Source: Centroscyllium fabricii (taxonomy: Eukaryota). Taken from it: a stretch of 64,000 bases of DNA. Under the pieces are notes generated by a model, which did not search any database, was not told the origin of the DNA, and saw only the letters and a list, made by a program, of their open reading frames with translations. Location: NCBI GenBank assembly GCA_051313645.2, contig JBNRSN020000005.1, positions 325,314,001 through 325,378,000 on the forward strand, read 5' to 3'. Of the stretch, positions 36,990-51,079 are shown in pieces; position 1 is the stretch's first letter; every line of letters starts with the position of its first letter. The position numbers were made by a program, and so were the translations under genes.

Positions 36990-39900
36990 AACGCAGCGGG
37001 GTGTCGCAATATTAATCAAGGAGTCAATTACTGCAGTTAGGAGGGATGATATCTTAACAGGTTCCTCTAATGAGGCCACATGGGAAGAACTTAAAAACAA
37101 AAAGGGGGCAAGCACGTTGCTGGGCATGTACTATAGGCCCCCAAACAGTCAGGGGGAGATAGAGGAACAGATATGTAGGCAAATCTCAAGAGAAGTGTAG
37201 AAATGATGGGGTAATAATAATAGGGGATTTCAACTTCTCCAATATTAACTGGGATAGTCAGAGTGTGAAAGGCTTGGAGGGTGCAGAATTCTTAAAGTGC
37301 ATCCAGGAGAGCTTTATAAGCCAGCATGTAGAAAGTCCTACAAGAGAGGGCAGTACTGGACCTCATTCTAGGGAATATAGCCGGGCAAGTGGTAGAAGTG
37401 TCAGTCGGAGAGCATTTTGGTGACAGTGATCATAATTCGGTGAGATTTAAGGTAGTCATGGAAAAGGACAAAGATGGAACGTAAATTACGGTTCTAAATT
37501 GGGGGAAGGCCGAGTTGAATATGATAAGGCAGGATCTGGCCAAAGTGGACTGGGATCAGCTACTTGTAGGAACATCCACATCAGAGCAGTGGGAATCTTT
37601 CAGAAAGGAAATAGAGAGAGTACAACCAAAACATTCCTGTAAAGGTCAAGGGTGGGACCAACAAGCCCAGGGAACTCTGGATATCAAGGGATATACAAGA
37701 ATGGATTAGGGAAAAAAGGGAGGCTTTTGGCAGATACAAAGGACCAAAAACAGTGGAAGCTCTAGAGTAGTATAGAAAGTGCAGGGGGTACTTAAAAAAG
37801 GAGAGCGAAGAGGGGGCATGAAAAAACATTGGCAGGCAAAATAAAGGAAAATCCCAAGGTGTTTTATAAATATATTAAGGGCAAGAGGATAACCAGGGAA
37901 AGAGTAGGGCCCATTAGCGACGAAAGTGGCAATCTGTGTGTAGAGCCGGAAGATGTTTTGTATTTTGTATCAGTTTTTACAGTAGAGGACACTAAAAATA
38001 TCCCAACACTGGAAAAACAGGGGACTATAAAGGGGAAGGAGCGAAATACGATTAAAATTACTAAGGAGGTGGTACTCGGTAAGATAATGGGTCTAAAGGC
38101 AGATAAATCCCCTTGTACCTGATGGCTTGCATTCTAGGGTCTTGAAAGAAGTAGCGGTAGTGATTGTGGATGCATTGGTGGTAATTTTCCAAAACTCCCT
38201 CGACTCGGGAGGGGTCCCAGCGGATTGGAAAACTGCTAATGTAACGCCCTTATTTAAAAAGGGAGACAGACAAAAGGCTGGAAACTATAGACCGGTTAGC
38301 CTAACATCTGTGATTGGTAAAATGTTGGAGTCCATTATTAAGGAAGCAGTAACAGGACATTTGGATAAGCATAATTTAATCGGACAGAGTCAGCATAGTT
38401 TTACGAAAAGGAAGTCATGTTTAGCAAATTTGCTCGAATTCTTGAGGACGTAACAAACAGGGTGGATATAGGGGAACCAGTGGATGTGGTGTATTTGGAC
38501 TTCCAAAAGGCATTTGACAAGGTGCCACACAAAAGATTACTGCACAAGATAAAAAATCACGGGATTGGGGGTAATATACTGGCATGGGTGGAAGATTGGC
38601 GGCATGGTGGCATAGTGGTTAGCGCTGTTGCCTCACAGCACTGGAGACCCGAGTTCAAATCCAGCCTCGGGTATTATCTGTGTGGAGTTTGCACATTCTC
38701 CCCGTGTCTGTGTGGGTTTCCTCCGGGTGCTCCGGTTTCCTCCCACAGTCCAAAGATGTGCGGGTTAGGTTGATTGGCCAGGATAAATTGACCCTTAGTG
38801 TTAGTGGGATTGAATATGTGGGGTTACGGGAATTATCTGTGGGGTTACGGGGATAGGGTGGGATATGTGTCCGTGCAGGCTTGAGAGGGATCTGGGGAAA
38901 GGGCAGGGGCGGGGTACTGAGTTTGGATGATCAGCCATGATCTCATTGAATGGCGGAGCAGGCTCAAAGGGCCGAATGGCCTACTCCTGCTCCTATCTTC
39001 TATGTTTCTATGTTTCTAACAGAAAACAGAGAGTCGGGATAAATGGTTCATTCTCAGATTGGCAATCAGTGACTAGTGGTGTTCCGCAGGGGTCAGTGCT
39101 GGATCCCTAACTTTTTACAATCTATATTAACAATTTGGAGGAAGGGACCAAGTGCAACGTACCCAAGTTTGCCGACGATACTAAGATGGGAGGGAAAGCA
39201 GTGAGTGAGGAGGACATAAAAAACCTGCAAAGGGACATAGACAGGCTAGGTGAGTGGGCAAAGATTTGGCAGATGGAATATAATGTTGGAAAGTGTGAGG
39301 TTATTCACTTTGGCAAAAAAAATCAAAGAGCAAATTATTATCTGAATGGAGAGAAACTTCAAAGTGCTAAAGTACAAAGGGATCTGGGGGTCATGGTGCA
39401 TGCAACACAAAAAGTTAGTATACAGGTACAGCAGGTAATCTGGAAGGCCAATAGAATCTTGGCCTTTATTGCAAGGGGGTGGAGTATAAAAACAGGGAAG
39501 TCCTGCTGCTGTTATTATACAGGGTATTGGTGAGGCCACATCTGGAATACGGTGTACAGTTTTGGTTTCCATATTTGAGAAAGGATATACTTGCTCTCGA
39601 GGCAATTCAAAGATGATTCACTCGGTTGATTCCGGAGATGAGGGGGTTGACTTATGAGGAAAGGTTGAGTAGGTTGGGCCTCTACTCATTGGAGTTCAGA
39701 AGAGTGAGAGGCGATCTTATCGAAACATATAAGATTGTGAATGGGGCTTGATCGGGTGGATGCGGTGAGGATGTTTCCACTGATGGGTGAGACTAGAACT
39801 AGGGGGCATAATCTGAGAATAAGGGGCTGCCCTTTCAAAACTGAGATGAGAAAAAACTTCTTCACTCAGAGGGTGGTGGGGCTGTGGAATTTGCTGCCCC

Positions 39901-41968
39901 AGAGAGCTGTGGAAACTACTACTTTGAATAAGTTTAAAACCGAGATAGACAGTTTCTTGGAAGTAAAGGGAATTAGGGGTTATGGCGAGTGGGCAAGTAG
40001 GTGGACGTGAGGCTTGGTTCAGATCGACCATGTGATCTCCTGGACAAGTTTCGATTGCCTAGATGGGTCGGAGAGGAATTTCCCAGATTTTTTCTCCCAA
40101 ATTGGCCACTGGGTTTTTGTCTGGTTTTTCGCCTCTCCCGGGAGATCGCATGGGTTCGGGCGCGATGGAGAGTGAAAGTAGATTTGAGGTTAAGATCAGA
40201 TCAGCCATGATCTTGTTGAATGGCGGAGCAGGCTCGAGGGGTGAATTGGCCTACTCCTGCTCCTATTTCTTATGTTCTTATGTAGGTGAGGTTTTAAATT
40301 AATATTTTGCATCTGTGTTCACCATGGAGAAGGACAATATAGGCATAGAAATCAGGCAGGGGGATTATGATATACTTGAACAAATTAGTATTGAGAAGGA
40401 GGAGGTACTAGCAGTTTTAGTGGGCGTAAAAGTGTATAAATCTCCAGGCCCTGACGAGATGTATCCCAGGCTGCTGTGAGGCAAGGGAGGAGATTGCGGG
40501 GGCTCTGACACTAATTTTCAGAACCCCTCTGGCCACAGGGGAGTTTCCAGAGGACTGGAGAACAGCTAACGTAGTACCATTATTCAAGAAGGGTAGTAGG
40601 GATAAACCAGGGAATTACAGGCCAGTGAGCCTAACATCAGTGGTAGGGAAATTATTGGAAAAATCTCAGAAGGACAGAATTAGTCTCCACTTGGAGAGGC
40701 AAGGATTAATCAAGGATACTCAGCATGGCTTTGTCGGGGGAGATCATGTCTAACCAATTTCGAGGGGGTGACTAGGTGTGTGGATGAGGGTAGTGCAGTG
40801 GATGTGGTATACATGGATTTCAGTAAGGCTTTTGATAAGGTCCCGCATAGGAGGCTGGTCAAGAAGGTAAGAGCCCATGGGATCCAGGGCCATTTGGCAC
40901 ATTGGATCCAAAACTGGCTTAGTGGCAGGAGGCAGAGGGTGATGGTCGAAGGTTGTTTTTGTGACTGGAAGCCTGTGTCCAGTGGTGTACCGCAAGGATC
41001 GGTACTGGGTCCCTTGCTGTTTGTTGTGTACATTAATGATTTAGATATGAATGTAGGAGGTATGGTCAGTAAGTTCGCAGATGACATGAAAATTGGTGGA
41101 GTGGTAAATAGCGAGGAGGGAAGCCTCAAGCTATAGGACGATATAGATGGGATGGTTAGATGGGCAGAACAGTGGCAAATGGAATTTAATGCTGAAATGT
41201 GTGAGGTGATGCATTTTTGGAGGACTAACAAGGCAAGGGAATACACAATGAATGGTGGGACCCTCGGAAAGACAGAGGATCAGAGGGACCTTGGTGTGCA
41301 TGTACATAGATCCCTGAAGGCAGCAGGACAGGTGGATAAGGTGGTTAAAAAGGCATATGGGATACTTGCCTTCATTAGCCGAGGCATAGAATATAAGAGC
41401 AAGGAGGTTATGATGGAGCTGTACAAAACGCTAGTTAGGCCACAATTGGAATACTGTGTGCAGTTCTGGTTGCCACACTATAGGAGGGATGTGATTGAAA
41501 TGGAGAGGGTGCAGAGGAGATTCACCAGGATGTTACCTGGGCTGGAGTGCTTTAGCTATGAAAAGAGACTGGACAGGCTGGGGTTGTTTTCCTTGGAGCA
41601 GAGAAGGCTGAGGGTGGGATTGAGGTGTACAAAATTATGAGGGGCATAGATAGGGTAGATAGAAAGGAACTTTTTCCCTTAGTAGAGGGATCAATAACCT
41701 GGGGGCATAATTTCAAGGTAAGGGCAGGAGGTTAGAGGGGATTTGGGGAAAAACTTTTTCATCCAGAGGGTGGTTGGAATCTGGAATTCACTGCCTGAAA
41801 GGATGGTAGAGGCAGGAACCCTCACAACATTCAAGAAGCATTTAGATGAGCACTTGAAACGCCATAGCATACAAGGCTACAGACCAAGTGCTGGAAAATG
41901 GGATTAGAATAGACAGGGCTTGATGGCCGACGCTGACATGATGGGCCTCTTTCTGTGCTGTATAACTC
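36990..41968 (+). mobile_element. CR1 LINE (APE-RT) with a second CR1 nested at about 37957-40283
   Basis: APE motifs (YYRPPNS, GDFN, SDHNS), then KENPKVFYKYI. The host resumes at 40283 (VGEVLN.YFASVFT) and runs through RT to the tail. The inner copy has its own RT and (TATGTTCT)n tail. Confidence 0.88.
38598..39017 (+). mobile_element. V-SINE inserted in the inner CR1 RT
   Basis: Interrupts ...LAWVEDW / NRKQRV.... Confidence 0.88.
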
Positions 41969-41971
41969 TAT

Positions 41972-42893
41972 GGGGTCAATTTTCATGGAGCTGGCAGGTG
42001 GCTTTATTGGCAGCTGGGGAGGGAAAATTGCTAAAATGGGGGTCACGACCCCTCCCGCCATTTTCCCGCCAGCTTGTCAGTTTCACCCGGCAGGTCCGAT
42101 TGGCCCATTTCAATCCCGCCCAAATTCGGCGGGGATGGTCATTAGGCTCATTAGGAGCACTTAATTGGCATCTGTAATGCCGTTTCAAGGGCCCATATCT
42201 ATTTTGAGCCTCTTCCCATGCAAAACCCGCCTGGTTGGAACGCCGTTGCTGAAACCTGGCGGACACACAAGCGGCTTGGTGACTTCCACCTTCAAGGCAT
42301 TGAAGCACCTGCCACAGAATGGCTTCCTGGCCTCCAACATGCTGGAGGTCTAACTGTCTCCCTGGGGTGCCCAAGATTAGTGGCCAAAAACCTTTAAAAA
42401 ACGTACCTACCAGCTGCTTCCCAGTGCTTCACAGACAGGCGCTCCATAGCTGTCAAGAGCCTGCCAGTGAAACAAAGCACTTAGAGCTGTCAATCATCAA
42501 GTTGCTGTTAGTTTCTGTTGACAGTGGATTCTGATGTCACAATCCACTGAAACCACAAACAAACAGAACAGATTAGTTAGAGCTGTCAATCATCGAGTTG
42601 TGGTTACAATCTGTTGACAGTGGATTATGACGTCACAATGCCCTGAAACCACGGAAAGAAAAACACCAGCCCACTTAGAGCTGCCAATCATCGGCTCTGC
42701 TTCTTGCACAGTGGGAAGCCCACTGCCTTTCTATGCAAAATCAATCAATTGGCAGGGGCTTCCCACACTCGGGGATTTAATTGGCCAATTGAGCCAAAAT
42801 TGCGTGGGGCTTCCACACCCTTCAGAAAGCGGGAAGATAAAGTGATCAGCGGGGAACCCACCCATTTCCCACACCATGACGAAAGTCGACCCC
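41972..42893. mobile_element. Harbinger-like non-autonomous element
   Basis: GGGGTCAATTTTC...GAAAGTCGACCCC with TSD TAT. Confidence 0.78.
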
Positions 42894-42904
42894 TATGACT
42901 CTAA

Positions 42905-44480
42905 ATCGATTCACTCCATGTGATATCAAGAAACAGCTGAGTGCACTAGATATAGCAAAGGCTGTGGGCCCCGACAACATCCCGGCTGTCATGCTGAAAA
43001 ATTGTGCTCCAGATATAGCCGTGCCTCTAGCCAAGCTGTTCCAGTACAGCTATAACAATGTGGAATATGGAAAACTGCCCAGGTATGTCCTGTCCACAAA
43101 AAGCAGGACAAATCTAATCTGGCCAATTACCACCCCATCAATCTACTCAATCATCAGCAAAATGATCAGAGGTGTCTTCGACAGTGCTATCAAGCAGCAC
43201 TTACTCACCAATATCCTGCTCACTGATGCCCAGTTTGGGTTCCGCCAGGACCACTCGGCTCCAGACCTCATTAAAACCTTGGTCCAAACATGGACAAAAG
43301 AGCTGAATTCCAGAGATGAGGTGAGCGTGACTGCCCTTGACATCAAGGTAGCATTTGAACAAGTGTGACATCAAGGAGCCCTAGTAACACGGAAGTCAAT
43401 GGGAATCGGGGGAAACCTCTCCACTTGCTGGAGTCATACCTAGCACAATGGAAGATGATTGTGGTGGTTGGAGGTCAATCATCACAGCCCCTGGACATTG
43501 CTGCAGGAGTTCCTCTGGGCTGTGGCCTAGGCCCAACCTTCTTCAGCTGCTTCATCAATGACCTTCCCTCCAACATAAGATCAGAAGTGGGGATGTTCGC
43601 TGAAGATTGCACAGTGTTCAGCGCCATTCACAACTCTTCAGATAATGAAACAGTCCATGCCCACATGCTGCAAGACCTGGACGACATTCAGGCTTGGGCT
43701 AATAAGTGGCAGGCAGCATTCGCGCCACACAAGTGCCAGGCAATGTCGATCTACAACAAGCGAGTGTTTAACCACCGTCCCTTGACATTCAATGGCATTA
43801 CCATTTCTGTATCCCCCACCATCAACACCCTGGGGGTCACCATTGACCAGAAGCTCAACTGGACCAGCCACATAAATATTGTGATAACAGGAGCAGGGCA
43901 GGATATTCTGCGGTAAGTGTCTCACCTCCTAACTCCCCAAAGCCTTTACATCATCAAGTCAGGTGTGTGATGGAATACTATCCACTTGCGTGGATGAGTG
44001 CAGCTCCAACACTCAAGAAACTCGACGCCATCCAAGACAAAGCAGCCCGCTTGATTGGCATCCCATCCACCACATTAAACATTCACCTCCTCCACCACCG
44101 GCGTATCATGGCTACAGTGTGTACCTTCGATAAGGTGCATTGCAGCAACTTACCAAGGCTTCTTCGGCAGCACCTCCCAAACCCGCGACCTCTTCCACCT
44201 AGAAGGACAAGGGCAGCAGATGCATGGGAACACTACCACCTCCAAGTTCCCCTCCAAGTCACACACTATCCTGACTTGGAAATCTATCGCCGATCCTTCT
44301 TCGTCGTTGGGTCAAAATCCTGGAACTCCCTCCCTAACAGCACAGTGGGAACACCTTCCCCACACGGACTGCAACAGTTGAAGCAGGTGGCTCACCACCA
44401 CCTTCTCAAGGGCAGTTAGGTATGGGCAATAAATGCTGGCATGGCCAGCGATGCCCACATCCCATGAACGAATAAAAAAA
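42905..44480 (+). mobile_element. CR1/L2-group LINE (family B), degenerate RT to 3' end
   Basis: KAVGPDNIP...QFGFRQ...LDIKVAF...CFINDLP...FAED. The 3' UTR is shared with SINE family B. Confidence 0.88.
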
Positions 44481-44998
44481 ATCAGAATCCGTGGCACATT
44501 CCAGCTCCCCAGACGTTGGGTCATCAGAAGCTGGTAACTGAGGCCGCTGTCACTGTCATCTGACTGATTGACGGGATTCTGAAAAATTGATCCTGGTGCA
44601 TGGAAGTTATGAGTGATACCTCAGTGTTGTCTATTGGGGGGAATTCCGTGATCCTGCACTCACAGGCAGCAAAGGTTGGAGATAGGGCTAGAGCACTTTC
44701 TAGCCCTGAATCTCTGACCCATACTCGCTGTGAGCCCGGGTCCCTGCCGGGAACATGTAATTACTCCTTGTGTTCATGAGCTCCCTGGGATCCTATGTTG
44801 CCGTGCCTGTGGGGGAAGCTCACATAATTACTGAATACTGCACCGATTGTATAGGTACCTGGCTGGTACAACGTGGCTTACAGCTTTGTCAGTAATGTTG
44901 TGTTTCAGGCTGCAGCTTGAATAGAACTTTATTCATTCACCCAAGATCAGTAATAGAACTCGTGGGAGATGAAATCCTCAGTGGCTGCAGAATCATCG

Positions 44999-45165
44999 CG
45001 GTCAATTTTAACCTAACCCGCTCATAGGGAAAGTGGTGGGATTTGGTGCAACGCTGGTTTTGCACCCTACTCGACTTTACTGTCTTTCGAAGTCAATATT
45101 GGGCAGAGCATTCCACCAGATCAAATGGCTTTCCCACCTGGGCGGATAGGTTAAAATTGACCCCC
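44999..45165. mobile_element. Short Harbinger-like MITE
   Basis: GGTCAATTTTAACCTA...TAGGTTAAAATTGACC inverted ends. Confidence 0.7.
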
Positions 45166-46299
45166 TTCATTTCCATAAAATATAACCAAGGGCCTCTCAG
45201 CTCAGTCGCCCAATTACACTTTCTTCCCAACCAGAAGAACATATACGAACATAAAACATAAGATGTAGGAGCAGGAGTTGGTTATTTGGTCCCTCGAGCC
45301 CGATCTTGGCCTCAACTCCACTTCCCTGCCTGCTCCCCATAACCCTCGACTCCCTCACCATTCAAAAGTCTGTCTATCTCCACCTTAAATATATTCAATG
45401 ATCCACAGCTCTCTGGGGAAGAGGAATTGCAGAAAATCTGCAATGGAAATTTGAACTGAAGTGGATTCAGCTATGCATTTATTCAAGCCATTTCGCATTT
45501 GTCTCTATTATTTTTAAATGATACTTTTCAGGTGCGCAGGCACAACATGAGGACGTTCAGCTGTTCATGTGTGACGTCCTTCTCATATCCCCAGACAGAC
45601 GCTTTCCTTTCATCGTGGTAGATGTAATGAGTAGCACTGCAACAAAGGCAAAATCAATTTCACTGTACAAAGAGATGACTATTTCATGGTTTGTGTTTAA
45701 CCTCTGATCAGGCTGTGGAGAAGGAATTATAACAACAATCCCTGCTGGCGTGTTGAGGTGTTTGTGACACCGGGGTGCCAATGGATACATGGCTTGATCC
45801 CTTGGAGGCATGAACTGGCAGACCAGCACAACAGTTAGGCTGTAGACACTGGTCTCAGACATGATTTACACTGCCATATGTTCCTCGCACTTAATTTACT
45901 GACAAGGAGCTCTAAGCTGTGTTGCCTCTGTGGCTCATTTTTAATTAGATAAAAAGATCAGGCATGTCTATGATTAAATATGTTAGAACACCTTTGATTG
46001 CTTTGATGGCTCTCTGCTGAGGTGTGATGTGGAATAGTTGGAGAGACCACATTGTTCTTTCTCCCGTAATGGGCGATGCCAGCCAATTTCGGCATTTTTA
46101 ATGCCAGCTCAATCGCTGGCGCTAAAAATAGCGCATCGCCCGGGTCAGCGCCACAAAGTGTGCACTGACCAACATTTCCCCCATAGAGTCATAATGGCAC
46201 AGGAGGAGGCCAATCTTCCCATCGAGTCTGTGCCAGCTCGCTGCAGAGCAATCCAGTCAGTCCCATTCCCCTGCTCTATCCCCCTGTTGAAAACATGGA

Positions 46300-48268
46300 G
46301 GGCTGGATTTTACATGCCGAGACGAATTGGGTGCGGAACTTCAGCCTTCCGGGTTCCACTCCCGCCCCAGCAACGCCCGACACACAGACGCTATTTTCCC
46401 TGATTGGCGTTGTTAAGCCCCGCCCTGCGAGCTCGCCAGCCAATTAAGGGAAAGTCAGGGACATGTACCATTTATTTTTGACAGATGATCGGTCAGTGTT
46501 TGACAGCATTGAGGTGCTGTCAAACACCGACAATCACTGTACAAAGGTGAGCCCTTGCAGCCAGACTCTCCAATGACTCTCTCCTCAGGATAAAACAGAT
46601 GGCAGCTGCAGGTGAGGTTAGAGAAGCGATCTGTCACTTCTCCCAATGAGGTGAGGCCACACAAACACTTCAAAGCTTGTCACCTACAGAAAAATCTAAA
46701 CACATTGGGGCTGAAATTCCGATGACCGCGGGGCCGCAGTGCGTGTGTACGGAGCGGGTACTCATGCCTGTGGCCCTGGAATTGCAGGTGGACACCATTT
46801 CCCTGGGATACCTGCAATTCTGAAGATGACCAGAAGCTACCAGGGGTTGGTAGCTGAATCGCATTGGCCTGCGCGCCAGGAGGTGCGCAGTGCACTTCTG
46901 ATTTTTTTCAGAGTTTTATCAGGGTAAGTACTGAAGATTTTAGGCCTGAAAATATCAGCTGTAACGACCCCTTTTTAGCAGGTAAGTCTTTATTTTATAG
47001 AATTTAAGTATTTTTTTTAACAGGTTTTTAATTTTTTTAAACTTTAAAGACAGGTAAGTATTTTTTTAGGGCAGTTAAAAACTTTTAAAAAATTTAATTT
47101 TTTTAAATTTTTTGTTTAAAATAGGTAATTTATGTTAGTAATAGTAATGTTAAAAATGTGGTGTTTAAAAAAAATGTATTTTACTGTTTAATGTGTTTTT
47201 GAGGTTCTTCCTTTTCATAACTTACACAGATCTCTCTGTTAGTTATGAATGGAGGATTCCTTCCAGTCATTGGCTCCCCGCGGACCACGTGGTCCTGTGC
47301 GAGCTCTCGCACAAACTACGTCGCTGAGTTGCCTCAGCACGGCGCCTGGAGCCTGAAGCAACACTTCAAATCGGGATTTCACAATTGCAGAATTGGAGAA
47401 CAGCAGCAGCGCAGGGCAAGTGGACCTCGGAGGCATACACGTGCAGGAAGCCTCCGAGGCTAATTGTTGGGCCATCAAAAATGACTTTCTCAACATCTGC
47501 TTACCTCTGGTACTCACCAGTGTCCCATTGGATCCTTCACACCACTTCTGCAGCGGTCATCTGTACAGAAACATTACAATGGACCCACAGCACGCCTCAC
47601 TTACTCTGGCGGGATTCCCCGACGTTGGGAAGCCCGCAGCAGAAGTCCCAAAATGAGAAAAAGCCTCTTAATTGCCTGTTAACTACCTGTTAAAAATAGA
47701 AACATAGAAGATAGGAGCAGGAGTAGGCCATTCGGCCCTTCGAGCCCGCTCCGCCATTCAATGAGATCATGGCTGATCATCCAAACCCAGCACCCCGCCC
47801 CTGCCTTCTCCCCATATCCCTCGATCCCTATCGAGCCTGCACTGACACACATCCCACCCTATCCCCGTAACCCCATATATTCAATCCCCCTAACACTAAG
47901 GGTCAATTTATCATGGCCAATCAACCTAACCCGCACATCTTTGGACTGTGGGAGGAAACCGGAGCACCCGGAGGAAACCCACGCAGACACGGGGAGAATG
48001 TGCAAACTCCACACAGATAGTACCCGAGGCTGGATTTGAACCCGGGTCTCCAGTGCTGTGAGGCAACAGTGCTAACCACTGTGCCACCGTGCTGCCCAAC
48101 AAGCAGTTAAATGTTTATAATCCTCTTCCCGCCACTAAGAGTCAGGTCCCTGGGCAAATTGGGGACCCGACTCCCAGGAAGATTGTTTGGACCTGCTCCC
48201 ATTCTTTATAATTTTGCAAGCAGTCCTGCCTCCAAACCCGCCTCCTCGGGGACAGTAAAATCCAGCCC
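46300..48268. mobile_element. Harbinger-like element with a nested element (about 46707-47474) and a V-SINE (47697-48097, -)
   Basis: GGGCTGGATTTTAC...GTAAAATCCAGCCC. It splits a CR1 3' UTR (46190-46299 / 48269-48580). Confidence 0.78.
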
Positions 48269-48929
48269 TGAGTGTCTCCGCTTCCGCCACTTCCGTCGGC
48301 AGCGAATTCCAGGTCCTCATCACTCGCTGCGTAAAAAGGTTTTTCCTGACGCCCCCCCTGTATCTCTTGTCGAAAACCTTAAATCTGTGTCCCCCTAGTC
48401 CTTGTACCATCAACTAGTGGGAACTGCCTTTCTCCATCTAGCCTATCCAAACCCGTCATAATCTTGTACACCTCTATCAAATCAGCCCTCAACCTCCTTT
48501 GCTCTGCTGAAAACAAATCCAGCTTCTCCAACCTGTCTTTGTAGTTAAAATCCCCCATCCCCAGAACCATTCTGGTAAAGAGTAGGGTTAAAACGAGAGT
48601 AAATAAAACAGGGATTACGCTTCAAAAGTACTTTGTTGGCTGAGAAGCGCTTGAGGCGATCTGGAGTTTGTGGAGGGCACTGTTTAAATACAAGCTGCTT
48701 CTTTAAAAAGCAAAACTAAAATGTGGACATACTCATACATGGAGGAACCTTTTTATTACTGTCCCAAGACAGAGAGACACCTTTTAAAAGTGTCTTCAGT
48801 AGACGTGGTCATGTAAAATCAATATACCATTCTACCAGAAAACTACTTTTCACATTATTGACCTATTAAAGAGCTGAATTACAATATGAACCAACTCATT
48901 TATCCATGTGAGCTGATTTGAAGGAAATA

Positions 48930-49335
48930 TCTTGCTATATCATGTCCTTAGAATGTCTCAATGTACATTGTAACCAATGAATGAATTTGAAATGCAGTCA
49001 ACATTGTTACGTCGGCAAACGCAGAAGCTAATTTGCACAGACTAAGGTCCTACAAATAGAAAATTTGACGAGTGGCCAGTTGTTTTTTTTTGGTTGTGTT
49101 TGCTTCAGAAAGGAATGCTCGCCAGAATACCAGGTGTACTCCCTTTTACGTCTGCCTGAACAGGCAGACCGGGCCTGGCTTTATTTCTCATCTGAAGGAC
49201 GGCACCTCTGACAATGCAGCACTCCCTTAGTACAGCCCTGAAATATCAGCCTTGATTACCTGCTCAAGTCCTGGAGTGGGCCCTGAACCCATTCCCTTCC
49301 AACTCAGAAGGGAATGATACCAACTGAGCCAAGTT
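48930..49335 (-). mobile_element. Degenerate Deu-domain SINE
   Basis: TCATCTGAAGGACGGCACCTCTGACAATGCAGCACTCCCT is shared with 63108-63556. Confidence 0.7.
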
Positions 49336-49730
49336 GAAGCGTATACTCTGTTCAAAGCAGTGATAGACCTGGGTGAATGTCCCTGTGCTGTTTCTCCGAC
49401 AAGGGCAGTGAGCACACGGGAACACCACCACCTCAAAGGTCCCCTCCAAGTCACACACCATCCCGACTTAGATTTATATCACCGTTCGTTCATCATCACT
49501 GGGTCAAAACCTCGAACTCCCTACCCAACAGCACTGTGGGAGTACCTTCACCACAAAGACTGCAGCGGTTCAAGAAGGCGGCTCACCCCCCACCTTCTCA
49601 AGGGCGACTCGGGGTGGGCAATAAATGCTGGCCTTGCCAGCAATGCCCACATCCCCAGATTGAATTTAAAAAATATACGATTAAAGTTTCTGTAGCTGAA
49701 ACTGTTTGGCCATTTTATCTAAACTTACAT

Positions 49731-49936
49731 AAAAACAGAAAATGATGGAAATATGCAGGTCAGGCAGCATCTGTGGAGAGAGAAACAGAATTAATGTTTC
49801 AGGTTGATGACCCTTGGTCAGAAGCGCGAACTGAAACGTTAACTCCGTGTTTCTCTCTCTACAGATGCTGCCCGACCTGCTGAGCATTTCCAGCATTTTC
49901 TGTTTTTCGTTCAGATTTCCAGCATCCGCAGTATTT
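49731..49936. mobile_element. Fold-back Penelope pLTR-derived mini-element
   Basis: Inverted arms, TSD TCTAAACTTA(C/T)AT and degenerate hammerhead cores at the centre. Confidence 0.78.
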
Positions 49937-50600
49937 TCTAAACTTATATTTTTGTTATATTCTTTTCATAAAATCAGCAAGGCTTTTCAATCCTACCTAT
50001 TCATTGCCACCTATTCCGGAATAACAAAATGCCAACTTATGTGCATTGAGTAGCCAAACAGCGCTGCTGTGCATATGCCCTGACAGACACATTGACAGAT
50101 TAATTATATAGCTATGGCAGCAGGGACCCTGACAATATGCTTTTATTTTTACCTCGGTTTTATTAAAAAGAATTATCATTTTTATAACACCAGATGTGAC
50201 CAGATCTGTTGCCAACTGTGATAGCACTTTGGTGTTAGTGAAATGGAAATCCAGATCTCAGAGGAAAATTCAAACCCAGAATCGGAGGAATTTTCAATCC
50301 AAGATGCTATGCTGTAGACCCCTGGAAGGCTGGTCGGTGATTTGAGTTTGATGCTTTGTAAATCCCTGGGCCGGACAGTGTCCACATGCTGGCAGCCTGG
50401 ATGTTGCGTGTTCCAATTCCTTAGTAATCTAAGGAAAGCTCCCAAAGACATTCCAATATTGAGACTTCTCATGATAAATTAATGGAGCTGTTCTTTGCTG
50501 CAATTGGTCCTGCCCCATCAGTACGTCATTGGAGCAGCTCTGGCCACATGCTCGAGGCGGGGTAGCAAGATTCAAAGCATTCTTTAATCTTAAGGGATAT

Positions 50601-51079
50601 ACAGGTTGAGCACCGTTAATCCGGACACCGTTAATCCGGCAACTTCAGTCGTCCGGAACGAATCCGGCCGACTGATCTGCGCATGCGCAAAATGGCCACC
50701 GCGCTTGGCTGCGTGTGCCCGGACCTTCCTGAACGAAGAGCGCATGCGCAGACCATTCAAAATGGCCGCTGGTCTTTCGCGGCAGCCATTTTGAATGGTC
50801 CCGAACGATCCCGGGCCTCCCCGAACGATGAGCGCATGCGCAGACCATTCAAAATGGCCGCTGGTCTTTCGCGGTGGCCATTTTGAATGGTCCAGAACGA
50901 TCCCGGGCCTCCCCGAACGATGAGCGCATGCGCAGACCATTCAAAATGGCCGCCGACCTTTTGCGGCGGCCATTTTGAATGGTCTGCGCATGCGCTCGCC
51001 GAAGCTTCAATCGTTCGGAGTTTTCACTTGTCCGGTATATGCCTGGTCCCGACCGTGCCGGATTAACGGTGCTCAGCCT
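50601..51079. mobile_element. pogo/Tigger-like MITE with tandem YY1/NRF1-like units
   Basis: CAGGTTGAGCACCGTTAATCCGG TIR and about three ~90-bp internal units containing GCGCATGCGCAGACCATTCAAAATGGCCGC. Confidence 0.85.
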
